64,000 nucleotides of DNA from the NCBI GenBank assembly GCA_022827095.1, contig JAJDTP010000021.1, positions 130,771 to 194,770 on the forward strand, in the 5' to 3' direction. Source of the DNA: Dehalococcoidia bacterium. GTDB taxonomy: Bacteria; Chloroflexota; Dehalococcoidia; Lucifugimonadales; UBA3495. Shown here in pieces: positions 53,069-62,496 of this stretch (positions are counted from its first letter, which is position 1; each line of letters begins with the position of its first letter). The notes beneath the pieces are model-generated. The model made no database searches. It saw only the letters and a list, made by a program, of their open reading frames with translations, and was not told where the DNA came from. The position numbers and the translations under genes are program-made.

Positions 53069-53604
53069 GAGCGGATTTCTGTTTTCTCGACTTTGGCATA
53101 TTCCAGGCCCTTCTTCTTGAAGATGCGTGCCTCCTTGTAGCCCAGATCCCGATACCACGGTCGGTAGGCAAACCGCTCCAGGGCACAAAGCACCGATCTT
53201 TGTTTTGCCTTCTTGCGTCCGTATTTTCCCGTCCAGTGCCAAAAGCTACCATTCACCTTGTACTTCGAGAACCAATCCGGTGCCCACTTCTCCAGAATGC
53301 GAACGAGCTCGCCGTGCTTGACTAAGTACCACGTGCCATCCGTTCCGTCGAGCGGGAAGCACATATACAGGTCGTCGGCGTAGTCCTTATCGATAACCAA
53401 GCCGCTCTTGAGCTGGACCTGGAGCGTCTCCCCTGTGCTATTGTGGTGGGCTAGGAAGTCCGCGCCCTTCCAGTCGTTGGACAGCCTGATGCAATCAAAA
53501 CCGTACTCCGCCAGCACCGCCGCCGCTTTATGAAAGTTGTAGGTTTCGATTTCCTTCGAGACGACACCTGTTCCTTGTTCGTAGCCTATGTGTTGAAACT
53601 CCAT
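53065..53604 (-). CDS. Hypothetical protein with PD-(D/E)xK-like nuclease motif and basic C-terminal tail
   Basis: ATG 53604 is preceded by GGAGG. ...YGFDCIRLSNDWKGADFLAHH....LQVQLKS has a D...QxK layout. Lower-GC gene with an ATGA overlap onto the Nudix start. Confidence 0.5.
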   Translation of the reverse strand: MEFQHIGYEQGTGVVSKEIETYNFHKAAAVLAEYGFDCIRLSNDWKGADFLAHHNSTGETLQVQLKSGLVIDKDYADDLYMCFPLDGTDGTWYLVKHGELVRILEKWAPDWFSKYKVNGSFWHWTGKYGRKKAKQRSVLCALERFAYRPWYRDLGYKEARIFKKKGLEYAKVEKTEIRS

Positions 53605-53630
53605 GATGCCTCCGGGCGTGGTTTGGGAAT

Positions 53631-54605
53631 TTATCCCATGTTGCCGGTCGCTAACGCTAAAACCGCATCCCGCGTCGGCATGGAGTCCTGCGCCCCAACC
53701 CGCGTCACCGACAACGCGCCCGCCGCGCACCCCCATCGGACCGCCGACTCCAGCGAATGCCCCTCGGAAAGCGCCACGGCCAGGGCCCCGTTGAACGCAT
53801 CGCCGGCCGCCACGGTGTCTACAGCCTGCACTGCAAACGGTTGGACCTCCCCTGCGCCTGCACCGTCGGCCCAGTATGCCCCTTGAGCCCCCAACTTGAT
53901 CACCGCTGACCCGACGCCCCTGGCCAGCAACTCCTCAGCCGCGCTGGCCGCCGTGCGCATGTCGGTAACCGGGTATCCGACCAGGGCTTCGGCTTCGGTT
54001 TCGTTGGGCGTGATGACCGACACATGCCGGTAAAACTCTTTGGGCACCGGTCGCACCGGACCGGGATCGAGAATTACCTGAACTCCCTGCGCAGCCGCCA
54101 GCTCGGCCGCCTTGATCGACAGGCCAATCGACACTTCCAACTGCAGCATCAACGCGGATGCCCGCGGCAGCAAGTCCGCAACGGCATCGTACTCGGCATC
54201 GCCGCAAGTGTTGTTCGCGCCCAGGACCTGCACGATCCGGTTCTGCCCGCTCTCTCCCACGCTGATCACCGCGATGCCGGAATTGGTTCCCGATGAGACG
54301 CCCACCGCGCCGGCCTCCACGCCCGCCGCCTCCAGGAGATCCGTCAATTGCGGACCGAACATATCGTCGCCTACCCGCCCCACCATCGCCGACCGGGCTC
54401 CCATCCGCGCCGCCGCCACCGCCTGGTTGGCGCCCTTTCCCCCTGGATACGTCACGAACCGATCGCCCACCACGGTTTCGCCGTCGGCCGGCAGACGATT
54501 CGAGAATGTAACCAGATCCATGTTGATGCCGCCCAGCGACAGGATCAGCGGGCGGTCACCGTGATCGCGCGTCATCGAAACCTGACATAACGAAAATTCG
54601 GCCAC
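53631..54605 (-). CDS. rbsK: Ribokinase
   Basis: GGINMDLV, YPGGKGANQAVAAARMG, and C-terminal DTVAAGDAFNGALA. ATG 54575 is an alternative start. Confidence 0.85.
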   Translation of the reverse strand: MAEFSLCQVSMTRDHGDRPLILSLGGINMDLVTFSNRLPADGETVVGDRFVTYPGGKGANQAVAAARMGARSAMVGRVGDDMFGPQLTDLLEAAGVEAGAVGVSSGTNSGIAVISVGESGQNRIVQVLGANNTCGDAEYDAVADLLPRASALMLQLEVSIGLSIKAAELAAAQGVQVILDPGPVRPVPKEFYRHVSVITPNETEAEALVGYPVTDMRTAASAAEELLARGVGSAVIKLGAQGAYWADGAGAGEVQPFAVQAVDTVAAGDAFNGALAVALSEGHSLESAVRWGCAAGALSVTRVGAQDSMPTRDAVLALATGNMG

Positions 54606-54692
54606 ACGCTAACACCTGACATCCCCCGCGTCAACGTAACAGTACCCCCATGCTATAATCCGCCAAACCTGAAAAAAGCGAGGACCCGAACG

Positions 54693-55916
54693 ATGTCTCA
54701 GCCTCTGGAAAACATCAAGGTCGTCGACCTGACCCGTACCCTGGCGGGGCCGTTTTGCACCCAGAATCTGGCCGATATGGGGGCCGATGTCATCAAGATT
54801 GAAGAGCCCAACGATGGTGACGAAACCCGCAAATGGCCGCCCATCTGGAACGGCGAAAGCACCCAGTTCATGTCGTTCAACCGCAACAAGCGGAGCCTGT
54901 CCGTCAACTTGAAGTCTGAAGAGGGCTTGGACATTGTCAAGAAGCTGGCCAAGGAAGCCGACGTGATGATCGAAAGCTTCCGCGCCGGCACCCTGGCTCG
55001 GATGGGGTTGGGCTACGAGGACATCAAGGCCATCAATCCCGACATCGTTTATTGCACCATTTCCGGTTACGGGCGCACCGGCCCCATGGCCAACAAGCCC
55101 GGCTACGATCTGATCATCCAGGCTTACAGCGGCTTGATGCACCTGACTGGCGACCCGAACGGCCCTCCCCAGCGCGTCGGTTTCTCGTTGGTGGACCTCT
55201 TCACCGGGATGCTCGCCTACGGCTCCATCGTCACCGCGCTGTACCATCGCGACAAGACCGGCGAGGGTCAGTTGATCGACACCGCCCTGTTGGACGGACA
55301 GGTCGCCGCCATGAGCTACCACGCCACCGGCTATATCGGCACCGGCGTCGAGCCCCATCGCCTCGGTTCCGGCCATCCCAGCCTCGTGCCCTATCAGAGC
55401 TTCCAGGCGTCAGATGGCTTTTTCATCCTGGGGGTGGCCAACCCGAACCTCTGGGAGCGGTTCTGCAACGCCATCGGCCACCCGGAACTCAAAGACGATC
55501 CCAAATACGCCACCAACCCCGACCGCGTTGCCCACCGCGCCGAACTGGTGGATCACCTCAACAGCATCTTCGCCGACAACACCATCGCCCATTGGGTCAA
55601 GGTAATCGACGAGGCCGGCGTCCCCGTCGGCCCCATCAACAAGACCTCCGACGTGGTGGCCGACGAACAGGTCAAAGCCAGGGAAATGTTCCTGGAGATC
55701 AACCACCCCCACGTGCCGGACCTTCGGGTTCCAAATTCGCCCATCAAACTACGGGGCACCCCTTCCCAACTGCGATTGGCTCCTCCGCTGCTGGGAGAAC
55801 ACAATGAGGAAGTGCTCGCGGAACTGGGTTACGACTCGGATGCTTTCGCCAAGCTCAGGGAATCCGGAGCCGTGGGAGAACCTGGCAAAGAGATCAGCGG
55901 GGTCGGCGCGCACTGA
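54693..55916 (+). CDS. Family III CoA-transferase (CaiB/BaiF)
   Basis: IKVVDLTRTLAGPFCTQNLADMGADVIKIE, and the GYD..IQA region. Confidence 0.9.
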   Translation: MSQPLENIKVVDLTRTLAGPFCTQNLADMGADVIKIEEPNDGDETRKWPPIWNGESTQFMSFNRNKRSLSVNLKSEEGLDIVKKLAKEADVMIESFRAGTLARMGLGYEDIKAINPDIVYCTISGYGRTGPMANKPGYDLIIQAYSGLMHLTGDPNGPPQRVGFSLVDLFTGMLAYGSIVTALYHRDKTGEGQLIDTALLDGQVAAMSYHATGYIGTGVEPHRLGSGHPSLVPYQSFQASDGFFILGVANPNLWERFCNAIGHPELKDDPKYATNPDRVAHRAELVDHLNSIFADNTIAHWVKVIDEAGVPVGPINKTSDVVADEQVKAREMFLEINHPHVPDLRVPNSPIKLRGTPSQLRLAPPLLGEHNEEVLAELGYDSDAFAKLRESGAVGEPGKEISGVGAH

Positions 55917-56060
55917 TTACCGTTGGTTCGCACAACGCACGTTATGTAGATGCCAGGCACGAATTTAGAAGGTTTTTTACATAACATGCCGGTCAGGGGA
56001 CCCGCCGCTTGATTGCGCAGGGTCCCCTTTTACGCGACCCCTCGCGCCACGACTTCCCGG

Positions 56061-56089
56061 TTGCCGTGTGAGTACACCAGGGCTATAAT
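56061..56089 (+). promoter_or_regulatory. Sigma70-type promoter of the tRNA cluster
   Basis: TTGCCG-17 nt-TATAAT, with the -10 element ending 21 nt before tRNA-Val. Confidence 0.55.
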
Positions 56090-56110
56090 GAATCATCGTT
56101 GGTCACGCTC

Positions 56111-56186
56111 GGGCGGTTAGCTCAGCGGTTAGAGCGCCTCGTTCACACCGAGGAGGTCGGAGGTTCAAATCCTCCATCGCCCACCA
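56111..56186 (+). tRNA. tRNA-Val (anticodon CAC), CCA encoded
   Basis: Hand-folded. Acceptor GGGCGGT/ATCGCCC and anticodon arm CCTCG-TTCACAC-CGAGG. Confidence 0.9.
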
Positions 56187-56224
56187 TACCGGCCGCAGCG
56201 GGACCAAATGACGGAAACCACCTT

Positions 56225-56310
56225 GCCGAGGTGGCGAAACGGCAGACGCGCTGCGTTCAGGGCGCAGTGTCCTTTAGGACGTGTGGGTTCAAATCCCTCC
56301 CTCGGCACCA
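56225..56310 (+). tRNA. tRNA-Leu (anticodon CAG), long variable arm, CCA encoded
   Basis: Acceptor GCCGAGG/CCTCGGC, anticodon arm CTGCG-TTCAGGG-CGCAG, and variable arm TGTCCTTTAGGACGT. Confidence 0.9.
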
Positions 56311-56320
56311 TTTCCGACGC

Positions 56321-56396
56321 GCGCTTGTAGCTCAGTGGATAGAGCGCTGCCCTGCGGAGGCAGAGGTCGTGAGTTCGAATCTCGCCAAGCGCGCCA
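56321..56396 (+). tRNA. tRNA-Arg (anticodon GCG as read), CCA encoded
   Basis: Acceptor GCGCTTG/CAAGCGC and anticodon arm CTGCC-CTGCGGA-GGCAG, giving positions 34-36 = GCG. Confidence 0.85.
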
Positions 56397-56423
56397 TTTC
56401 TATGTCTGTTCACCACCGTCAGC

Positions 56424-56500
56424 GGGCGGTTAGCTCAGATGGTTAGAGCGTCTGCTTTACACGCAGAAGGCCGGGGGTTCGAGTCCCTCACCGCCCACCA
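56424..56500 (+). tRNA. tRNA-Val (anticodon UAC), CCA encoded
   Basis: Acceptor GGGCGGT/ACCGCCC and anticodon arm TCTGC-TTTACAC-GCAGA. Confidence 0.9.
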
Positions 56501-56622
56501 TTTCCCCTTTTGTGCAACCCCCAGGATCGCTGCCGGCCCGGATAGCATCCAAGACCCGCAGCCATTGCCCAGTCTTTTGTGGACGATCCGGAATTCCCCG
56601 GCGGAGATAGGGCGCTGATCCA

Positions 56623-56937
56623 ATGATGGAACACCAGGGCATCCGATGGGGCTACGTCTTCCTGCGCGCGCCGAACTTCCTCAGCGGCGAGGACCGTGAC
56701 TCCCTGATGACCACGGCGGTCGAGATGTACCTTTCCGGCGAACCGGAGCGCGACATCCTGGCCGAAGGATACGAGGGCCGCGTCTACACTGAACGGCGCT
56801 TCGAGATGCTGGGCGAGTTCGGTGGCCAGCGGTTTGACGCCGAACTTGAAACGGTCCACGGCCGGGACACCGCCACTTTCCTGGTCAACGAGCAGACCCG
56901 TGGTATAGGTGGCGGCGGCGGTTTCTCGCGAAACTGA
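56623..56937 (+). CDS. Hypothetical protein (104 aa)
   Basis: Strong GC3 bias in this frame, so the antisense ORF 56488..56955 is a shadow. No family recognised. Confidence 0.5.
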   Translation: MMEHQGIRWGYVFLRAPNFLSGEDRDSLMTTAVEMYLSGEPERDILAEGYEGRVYTERRFEMLGEFGGQRFDAELETVHGRDTATFLVNEQTRGIGGGGGFSRN

Positions 56938-57058
56938 GCCCGAACGAAACCCCATCCCCCGGAGCGTCCTGTCTCCGCCTCAGCAAAGGGCGCTCGCGGT
57001 CGATGTGTTATATTGGGCCAAACCTCAGCGTCGCAGCCGCGGTCGGAGGCGGTCAACT

Positions 57059-58015
57059 ATGCCAGAGGATCTCTTTACCTTTAGCGACAAACCGGAATCC
57101 AGCTATCTGCTGGCCGGTTGGCGCCGCCAATGGTCCAATGGCGGCCGCATCTCCAGCGGGTTGCCGCGCTATCTCATCGAGAAAAACGGTGGACGGCAGG
57201 TCGGTCAATTCAGCGAATATGTCAACCGGATGTGCTACCCGTTCCAGGTTGCCGGCACCCATGATGCGTTCCGGCCATCCGCGGCGTTCAACGAAGGTCT
57301 GCCCAGCGTCGCCATGTCGCGACAGAACTCCTTTTACGAAATTGGCAGCGGCCTGATCGTCTTTCTGGGCGAAGAGCCCTGGTATCGACTGGACATCTAC
57401 TCCGAGGCTTTCTTCTCGGCTATCAAGGAATTGGGGATCGAGCAGACCGTCGCCGTAGAAGGGGTAAACGGTCCCGCGCCCCCGGATCTGGAACGCCGCA
57501 TCACTTGCGTCTATTCCCGCCCGGAAATGCGTGAACAACTGGAGCGTCATGGCGTCCAGTTCAGTAGCTACGGCAGCCGAGGTCGGCAGGGACCGACCAT
57601 CGGTATGGCTCTGGTTTCCGTGGCCCACTACCAGTATCCCGAGGTCCAGATGTTCCGGATGGGCGCCATGGCTCCCATGTACCCCTTCATGACCAGCAAC
57701 AACAACCAGCTGGGCATCACCCAGGACCACCGCGCCTATTACGATATCCTGCGGCGGCTCCGGTCTATCTTCAAGATCGAGATGGACCTGTCGGAGCTGG
57801 AGCAGATGGGTAATCGGGAGTCGCAGGAACTCCTCGATAACCTGGAGCGGCTTGGCCGCACCAACAGCGAAGCCAAGCAGATCATCGACCAGGTGCGCCT
57901 GGACTACCAGTACACCCCGTACGTCGAACCCGTCGATCTCGACCCCGCCCTGGACCAGGCTCTGGAAAATATCCTCAGGGATATAGATATCGGTGAACCC
58001 GGACAGGAGCCCTGA
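57059..58015 (+). CDS. PAC2 (proteasome assembly chaperone 2)-family-like protein
   Basis: ATG 57059 is preceded by GGAGG. LLAGW...GG.IS, LIVFLGEEPW and GPTIGMALVSVA resemble the PAC2 layout. Tentative. Confidence 0.45.
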   Translation: MPEDLFTFSDKPESSYLLAGWRRQWSNGGRISSGLPRYLIEKNGGRQVGQFSEYVNRMCYPFQVAGTHDAFRPSAAFNEGLPSVAMSRQNSFYEIGSGLIVFLGEEPWYRLDIYSEAFFSAIKELGIEQTVAVEGVNGPAPPDLERRITCVYSRPEMREQLERHGVQFSSYGSRGRQGPTIGMALVSVAHYQYPEVQMFRMGAMAPMYPFMTSNNNQLGITQDHRAYYDILRRLRSIFKIEMDLSELEQMGNRESQELLDNLERLGRTNSEAKQIIDQVRLDYQYTPYVEPVDLDPALDQALENILRDIDIGEPGQEP

Positions 58016-58030
58016 TACCGGCTCCTGCTC

Positions 58031-59413
58031 TCACGCAACAGGCCAGCGTGGTGCAAACGCCACGCTGGTTCGCTTTAACAGAGCCTCGCCCCGGCCTTGT
58101 ACCTCGTCCACCAACGCCGCTTCATCTACGAACAGCGGCCGGTGATCCGCTACGACAACTTTTCCATCGACTATGACCGTGTGCACGCTGCGCCCATCAG
58201 CGTTGTAAACCAGGCTGTTTATCGGGTTGTGCAACGCCCCCCATTCGGCCCGACGCGTATCGAACAGCACCAAATCGGCCACCTTGCCCGGCTCGATCGA
58301 TCCAATCAAATCACCCATGCCAAGGGCGGCCGCGCCACCGATCGTGCCCAGCTCCAGCGCAGTCTCCGCCGGGATCATACCCACGTCGCGCCGTCCGTCT
58401 TTATACAACACGGCGGCCAAGTAAACCGACCGCAGGGTTTCCAGCAGGTTGGAGTTGTTGCCCGCGTCGGTGCCCAGTCCCACCGTCGCGCCGAATTCCA
58501 GCAATTCCGGAAGCAAACCGTGGGAGGATGTTCCCGCCCCGCCTTTGACCGCGGCTGTGGGGCACATCACGACGGCGGCTCCCCGATCTGCGATCAAGTG
58601 GGCCTCGTCCGCGCCGATCCCCAGACTATGGGCCAGCGTCATCCGCGAGTTGAGCACCCCGTGCCGGTCGAGGTATTCCGTGGGGGTACACCCATGGGTT
58701 CGCCGACACTCTTCAATCCAGCGAGGCCCGTTGGTGAAATGCAATGTGGACCGCGTCGCGTGATCTGACGCGATCCGGTCGCACGCCTCCAGCAGCTCCG
58801 GCGTACAGAATTCGGCTGAAAAGGGCATCGACCACGCGGTTACCAATTCACTGCTTCTGCTCGCCGCCAGAGCAACGACGTCCTCCGTCTCTCGTATCGC
58901 TTCATCGGTCCCGTAGACCGGCAGGTTCAGCGGGTTGGGGCGGTCCTGCACGTTGCGGCCAATCACAATCCGGCAGCCGGCTTGATCGTATGCGGTCATG
59001 CAGTGTTCCAAATGGGAGGTTGTTCCAGGGTCGATGAATGTGGTCGTTCCGTATTTCAACAACTCGACGATCGCCAGCATGGAGGTCGCGTATTCGTCAT
59101 CCGCGCTCATCGCCTGCTGGAGCCGGAATACGTTGGGCAGGTATTCGGCGCCCAGATCGTCAGGAAACAGACCGCGCACCGCGTGGGCATAGCTGATGTG
59201 CATGTGACCGTTGACGAAACCAGGCGTCAGGACCATCCCCGAACCGTCAATAGTCTGGTCGGCCAGAGTGGAAGCCAGCTCGGCGGATTTGCCGACCTGG
59301 CTGATGCAATTCCCCGTTATGACAACCGACCCGTCGGCAACGATCCGTCGTTCCGGATCCATCGTGACGATGTAGCGGACACCCTCGATCTTCAGGGTAG
59401 GGGTATCGGTCAT
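58031..59413 (-). CDS. Amidohydrolase-family deaminase/chlorohydrolase-like protein
   Basis: PGFVNGHMHIS (HxH), an HF..... region, and GTDAGN. Confidence 0.85.
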   Translation of the reverse strand: MTDTPTLKIEGVRYIVTMDPERRIVADGSVVITGNCISQVGKSAELASTLADQTIDGSGMVLTPGFVNGHMHISYAHAVRGLFPDDLGAEYLPNVFRLQQAMSADDEYATSMLAIVELLKYGTTTFIDPGTTSHLEHCMTAYDQAGCRIVIGRNVQDRPNPLNLPVYGTDEAIRETEDVVALAASRSSELVTAWSMPFSAEFCTPELLEACDRIASDHATRSTLHFTNGPRWIEECRRTHGCTPTEYLDRHGVLNSRMTLAHSLGIGADEAHLIADRGAAVVMCPTAAVKGGAGTSSHGLLPELLEFGATVGLGTDAGNNSNLLETLRSVYLAAVLYKDGRRDVGMIPAETALELGTIGGAAALGMGDLIGSIEPGKVADLVLFDTRRAEWGALHNPINSLVYNADGRSVHTVIVDGKVVVADHRPLFVDEAALVDEVQGRGEALLKRTSVAFAPRWPVA

Positions 59414-59428
59414 GAGATCTCCGGTTGT

Positions 59429-60064
59429 CTATTCGTGCCAGTCACGGAAGCCCCAGCGATTGAACGAGGTCACCTCCGATGGCGGGCGTCGGTTGGTCGG
59501 GCCAAAACTTCCGCGAGGATAACCCACCGGTGTCAGGCAGATCATCTCGGCATGCTCAGGAAGTCCCAGGATCTCGCGGACCTCGTCTTCCTTGCGGTTC
59601 AGGACGGTGGTTATGCGAGTTCCCAGGCCAAGCGCCCGGCCGGCCAGGAAAAGGTTTTGGATCGCCGGCCAGATGGATGCAGCGTGCCGGCCCGGTTCGA
59701 TGGGTTGGTCAGGTTGGAACCCACTGCCTCTCGAGTGATCCGCGCATATCACGATCATCGCTGGCACTTCGGGCATGTGGTGAGCCAGGTATCGGGCGTG
59801 GCGGTAAACGCGCGACTCGGTGGGCGATGGCTCCCAGCCCATGGCGTCCAACCACGTGTTCTTGTACAACTCGCCGAGGGCCTTTACCGTGTCCGAGTCG
59901 TTGACGACCACGAATTCCCAAGGCTGCGTATTGCCGCCGTTTGGAGCGCGAACTGCCGCATCGATCATCTGCTGGATCGCGGCTTGCGGCACCGGGTCAG
60001 GCTTGTATCGCGTGATCTGACGCTGACTGTAAATTGCCTCAAACAGGTCTATTTCGTTGGGCAT
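59429..60064 (-). CDS. Nitroreductase family protein
   Basis: RQITRYKPDPVP...AVRAPNGGNTQPW. Confidence 0.85.
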   Translation of the reverse strand: MPNEIDLFEAIYSQRQITRYKPDPVPQAAIQQMIDAAVRAPNGGNTQPWEFVVVNDSDTVKALGELYKNTWLDAMGWEPSPTESRVYRHARYLAHHMPEVPAMIVICADHSRGSGFQPDQPIEPGRHAASIWPAIQNLFLAGRALGLGTRITTVLNRKEDEVREILGLPEHAEMICLTPVGYPRGSFGPTNRRPPSEVTSFNRWGFRDWHE

Positions 60065-60130
60065 CGTATTCCCCTCCGGCCATGTGGATAGCGAGCGCAG
60101 TCAACGCCATTATAGCCGCTCCAGCCAGCG

Positions 60131-61015
60131 TCACCGGAACACGCTTATAAGCACAAGCCCTGCCACAATCATCCCAGCCCCCACCACCCGGCCAGGCGTG
60201 ATTACTTCTCTAAGCACAACCGCGCCCAGGACCAAAGCGAAGAGCAGACCAACCTCCCGAGCCGGCGCGACGTAGCTCACGTCGGCTATGCGCATAGCCG
60301 TCAGCACCAGACCATACGCCAGGAAGAGCAGCAGGGAAGCGGCAGCCACCGACCGGTACCCTCCTCTCCATTCCGAGATGACCGCTCCGGCTCCGTGACT
60401 CCGAAGTATGTAGGGCAGCATTCCCGCCGCCACGCCGAGGGTCGTGAGATACAGGTATAGAAAGGGGCTGATGTATGCGACGCCCTGCTTGTCGATCAGG
60501 GTGTACATAGCGATGCAGAGGCCGGTGAGCAGCGCGTATCCAATGCCGGCCCGACTGGAGGCCAGGGCTTCCGCGGAAAGCAGCCGGATGCGGCCCCACC
60601 ACGACATGGTGTAAATCCCCACAACAATGCAGGCGATGCCGACCCAGGCCACGGGAGTTACTCGTTCCCCGAGGGTGAATACGGCCAGCACCGGTACCAG
60701 GCCCGGCCCGAATCCGCGCGCGATGGGGTAGGCCAACGACAAGTCAGCCCGCGCCAGGCTGCGACCCAGGAACAGGAAATAGCAGATGTGGACTACCGCA
60801 GACGCCCCAACAAACCATAAACCTACCGGTTCGAACTCAGTACGCCAGGCTAATACGGCTGCCACAGGCAACGTGCCCACGACGCCGAATCCGGAAAGCC
60901 ACCATACAAACACTTCCTGATCGCGTGCGCGCTTCAGCAGGAAGTTCCACGTGGCATGGGCCCCGGCCGAACCCAACACCAGGATTAACGCCAACAGTGT
61001 GGTCGAGTCCAGCAT
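60131..61015 (-). CDS. EamA/DMT-family transporter
   Basis: ATG 61015. Ten hydrophobic segments. The upstream part of ORF 60131..61285 overlaps the tRNA-Glu gene and is not coding. Confidence 0.8.
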   Translation of the reverse strand: MLDSTTLLALILVLGSAGAHATWNFLLKRARDQEVFVWWLSGFGVVGTLPVAAVLAWRTEFEPVGLWFVGASAVVHICYFLFLGRSLARADLSLAYPIARGFGPGLVPVLAVFTLGERVTPVAWVGIACIVVGIYTMSWWGRIRLLSAEALASSRAGIGYALLTGLCIAMYTLIDKQGVAYISPFLYLYLTTLGVAAGMLPYILRSHGAGAVISEWRGGYRSVAAASLLLFLAYGLVLTAMRIADVSYVAPAREVGLLFALVLGAVVLREVITPGRVVGAGMIVAGLVLISVFR

Positions 61016-61089
61016 TGGGCAGGCACCGCCAGGAGGCCGGAGAAAAGCAAACCGCCGACGCGGTTCAGGACGTCGGCGGGAGAAATCTT

Positions 61090-61166
61090 TGGTGGCGCAT
61101 AGGGGATTCGAACCCCTGATCTCCGCCTTGAGAGGGCGGTGTCCTGGGCCGCTAGACGAATGCGCC
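61090..61166 (-). tRNA. tRNA-Glu (anticodon CUC), CCA encoded
   Basis: Minus strand GGCGCAT...CCGCC-CTCTCAA-GGCGG...AGGGG-TTCGAAT-CCCCT-ATGCGCC-A-CCA. Confidence 0.88.
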
Positions 61167-61470
61167 GGAAAGACCCGATTGACGACCCAATCGGGAAGTT
61201 CAAGGATTATAGCACGTACCGTTCGCCATGCAACCGAATTGCCGGGATCGACGCAATGACACCCTCGCTCCTGCTCGAGCGTCAACCTGTTGTATCCTTA
61301 CAGAAATCCCAAGCCGATGATTGATGATTGCGACCCAGATAACGTGTAGGATTGCCGCATCCCCGGAGCCGATCAGGCCGGCCACGTGGGATAACACGGC
61401 GGCCGTTGATGACGCACTTCCGTAGGACTGCGGGCGTTCAGGTCGTCTGCCCTCGATAAAGGTAAAGGAA

Positions 61471-62496
61471 TTGGAAACAGGCAAGCTGCCTCCGGACCTG
61501 TTGGAGGGACTACTTTCCGACCTCGGCGCTGCCGACCCGCGGGTGTTGGTTGGTCCGGGCGTGGGAGAGGACTGCGCGGTCGTGGATATGGGCGATCGAC
61601 TCCTAATCGCCAAATCGGACCCGGTGACTTTCGCCGCTGACCGCGTGGGTTGGTACGTGGTTCAGGTGAACGCGAACGACGTGGCGTGCACGGGTGCGGC
61701 TCCGCGGTGGTTTTTGCCTACCGTGTTGTTGCCGACCAGCGCGACGCCTGACGACGCGCGCGGCATCTTCATGGACATTGCAGTAGCATGCCGCCAGATC
61801 GGGGTAGCGGTGATCGGTGGCCACACCGAAGTGACCGATGGGCTCCCGCGACCCATAGTTGCGGGCACGATGTTGGGTGAACTCACCGATCGGACCCGTT
61901 TGGTTTCCACCGGTGGGGCGCAAGATGGTGACAGCATCATCGTGACCACCGGGTTGGCAATCGAGGGAACCGCGATATTAGCGCGCGAACACGCGGCTGA
62001 ACTTCGGGCTCAAGGGCTCGACGAGCAGTCTTTGGAAATAGCCGCAGGCTATCTGCGCGATCCGGGGATCAGCATCTTGCCGGCGGCGCGGGCGCTATTC
62101 GGAACACACGCCGTACACAGCATGCACGACGTCACCGAGGGCGGGCTGATCACAGCGCTTCGGGAAATCGCCGGGGCGTCGAACCTCGGTTTGGTTGCCG
62201 AAGCGGAGAGCGTGCCGTTGCTTCCCGAGTGCGGCGCTATCTGCGCGGCATTGGGACTCGACCCGCTGGGTCTGCTCGGCTCGGGCGCGTTGATCGCGAC
62301 GATGTCGGCGGGAGATGTTCCGGGTGCCCTGCGCGCACTGGACCGGGTAGGGGTTACCGGCTGGGAAATCGGGCAGATGGTGGAGCCTTCGGACGGTCTG
62401 TGGCTGATCGACAGGAGTGGTGAACGCACGCTGCCTGAATTCCGGCACGATGAACTGGCCCGCTACCTGGAAGAACGCAGTCATTCCTCCAGGTAG
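61471..62496 (+). CDS. AIR synthase-related (PurM/HypE/ThiL-like) protein
   Basis: VGPGVGEDCAVVD, DPVTF, VNANDVACTGA and GGHTEV. TTG start. Confidence 0.7.
   Translation: METGKLPPDLLEGLLSDLGAADPRVLVGPGVGEDCAVVDMGDRLLIAKSDPVTFAADRVGWYVVQVNANDVACTGAAPRWFLPTVLLPTSATPDDARGIFMDIAVACRQIGVAVIGGHTEVTDGLPRPIVAGTMLGELTDRTRLVSTGGAQDGDSIIVTTGLAIEGTAILAREHAAELRAQGLDEQSLEIAAGYLRDPGISILPAARALFGTHAVHSMHDVTEGGLITALREIAGASNLGLVAEAESVPLLPECGAICAALGLDPLGLLGSGALIATMSAGDVPGALRALDRVGVTGWEIGQMVEPSDGLWLIDRSGERTLPEFRHDELARYLEERSHSSR

Noticed and set aside
61016-61285. The N-terminal 90 codons of ORF 60131..61285.
   Set aside because: This part runs through the tRNA-Glu gene. The EamA transporter begins at the internal Met (61015), where the first TM helix starts.
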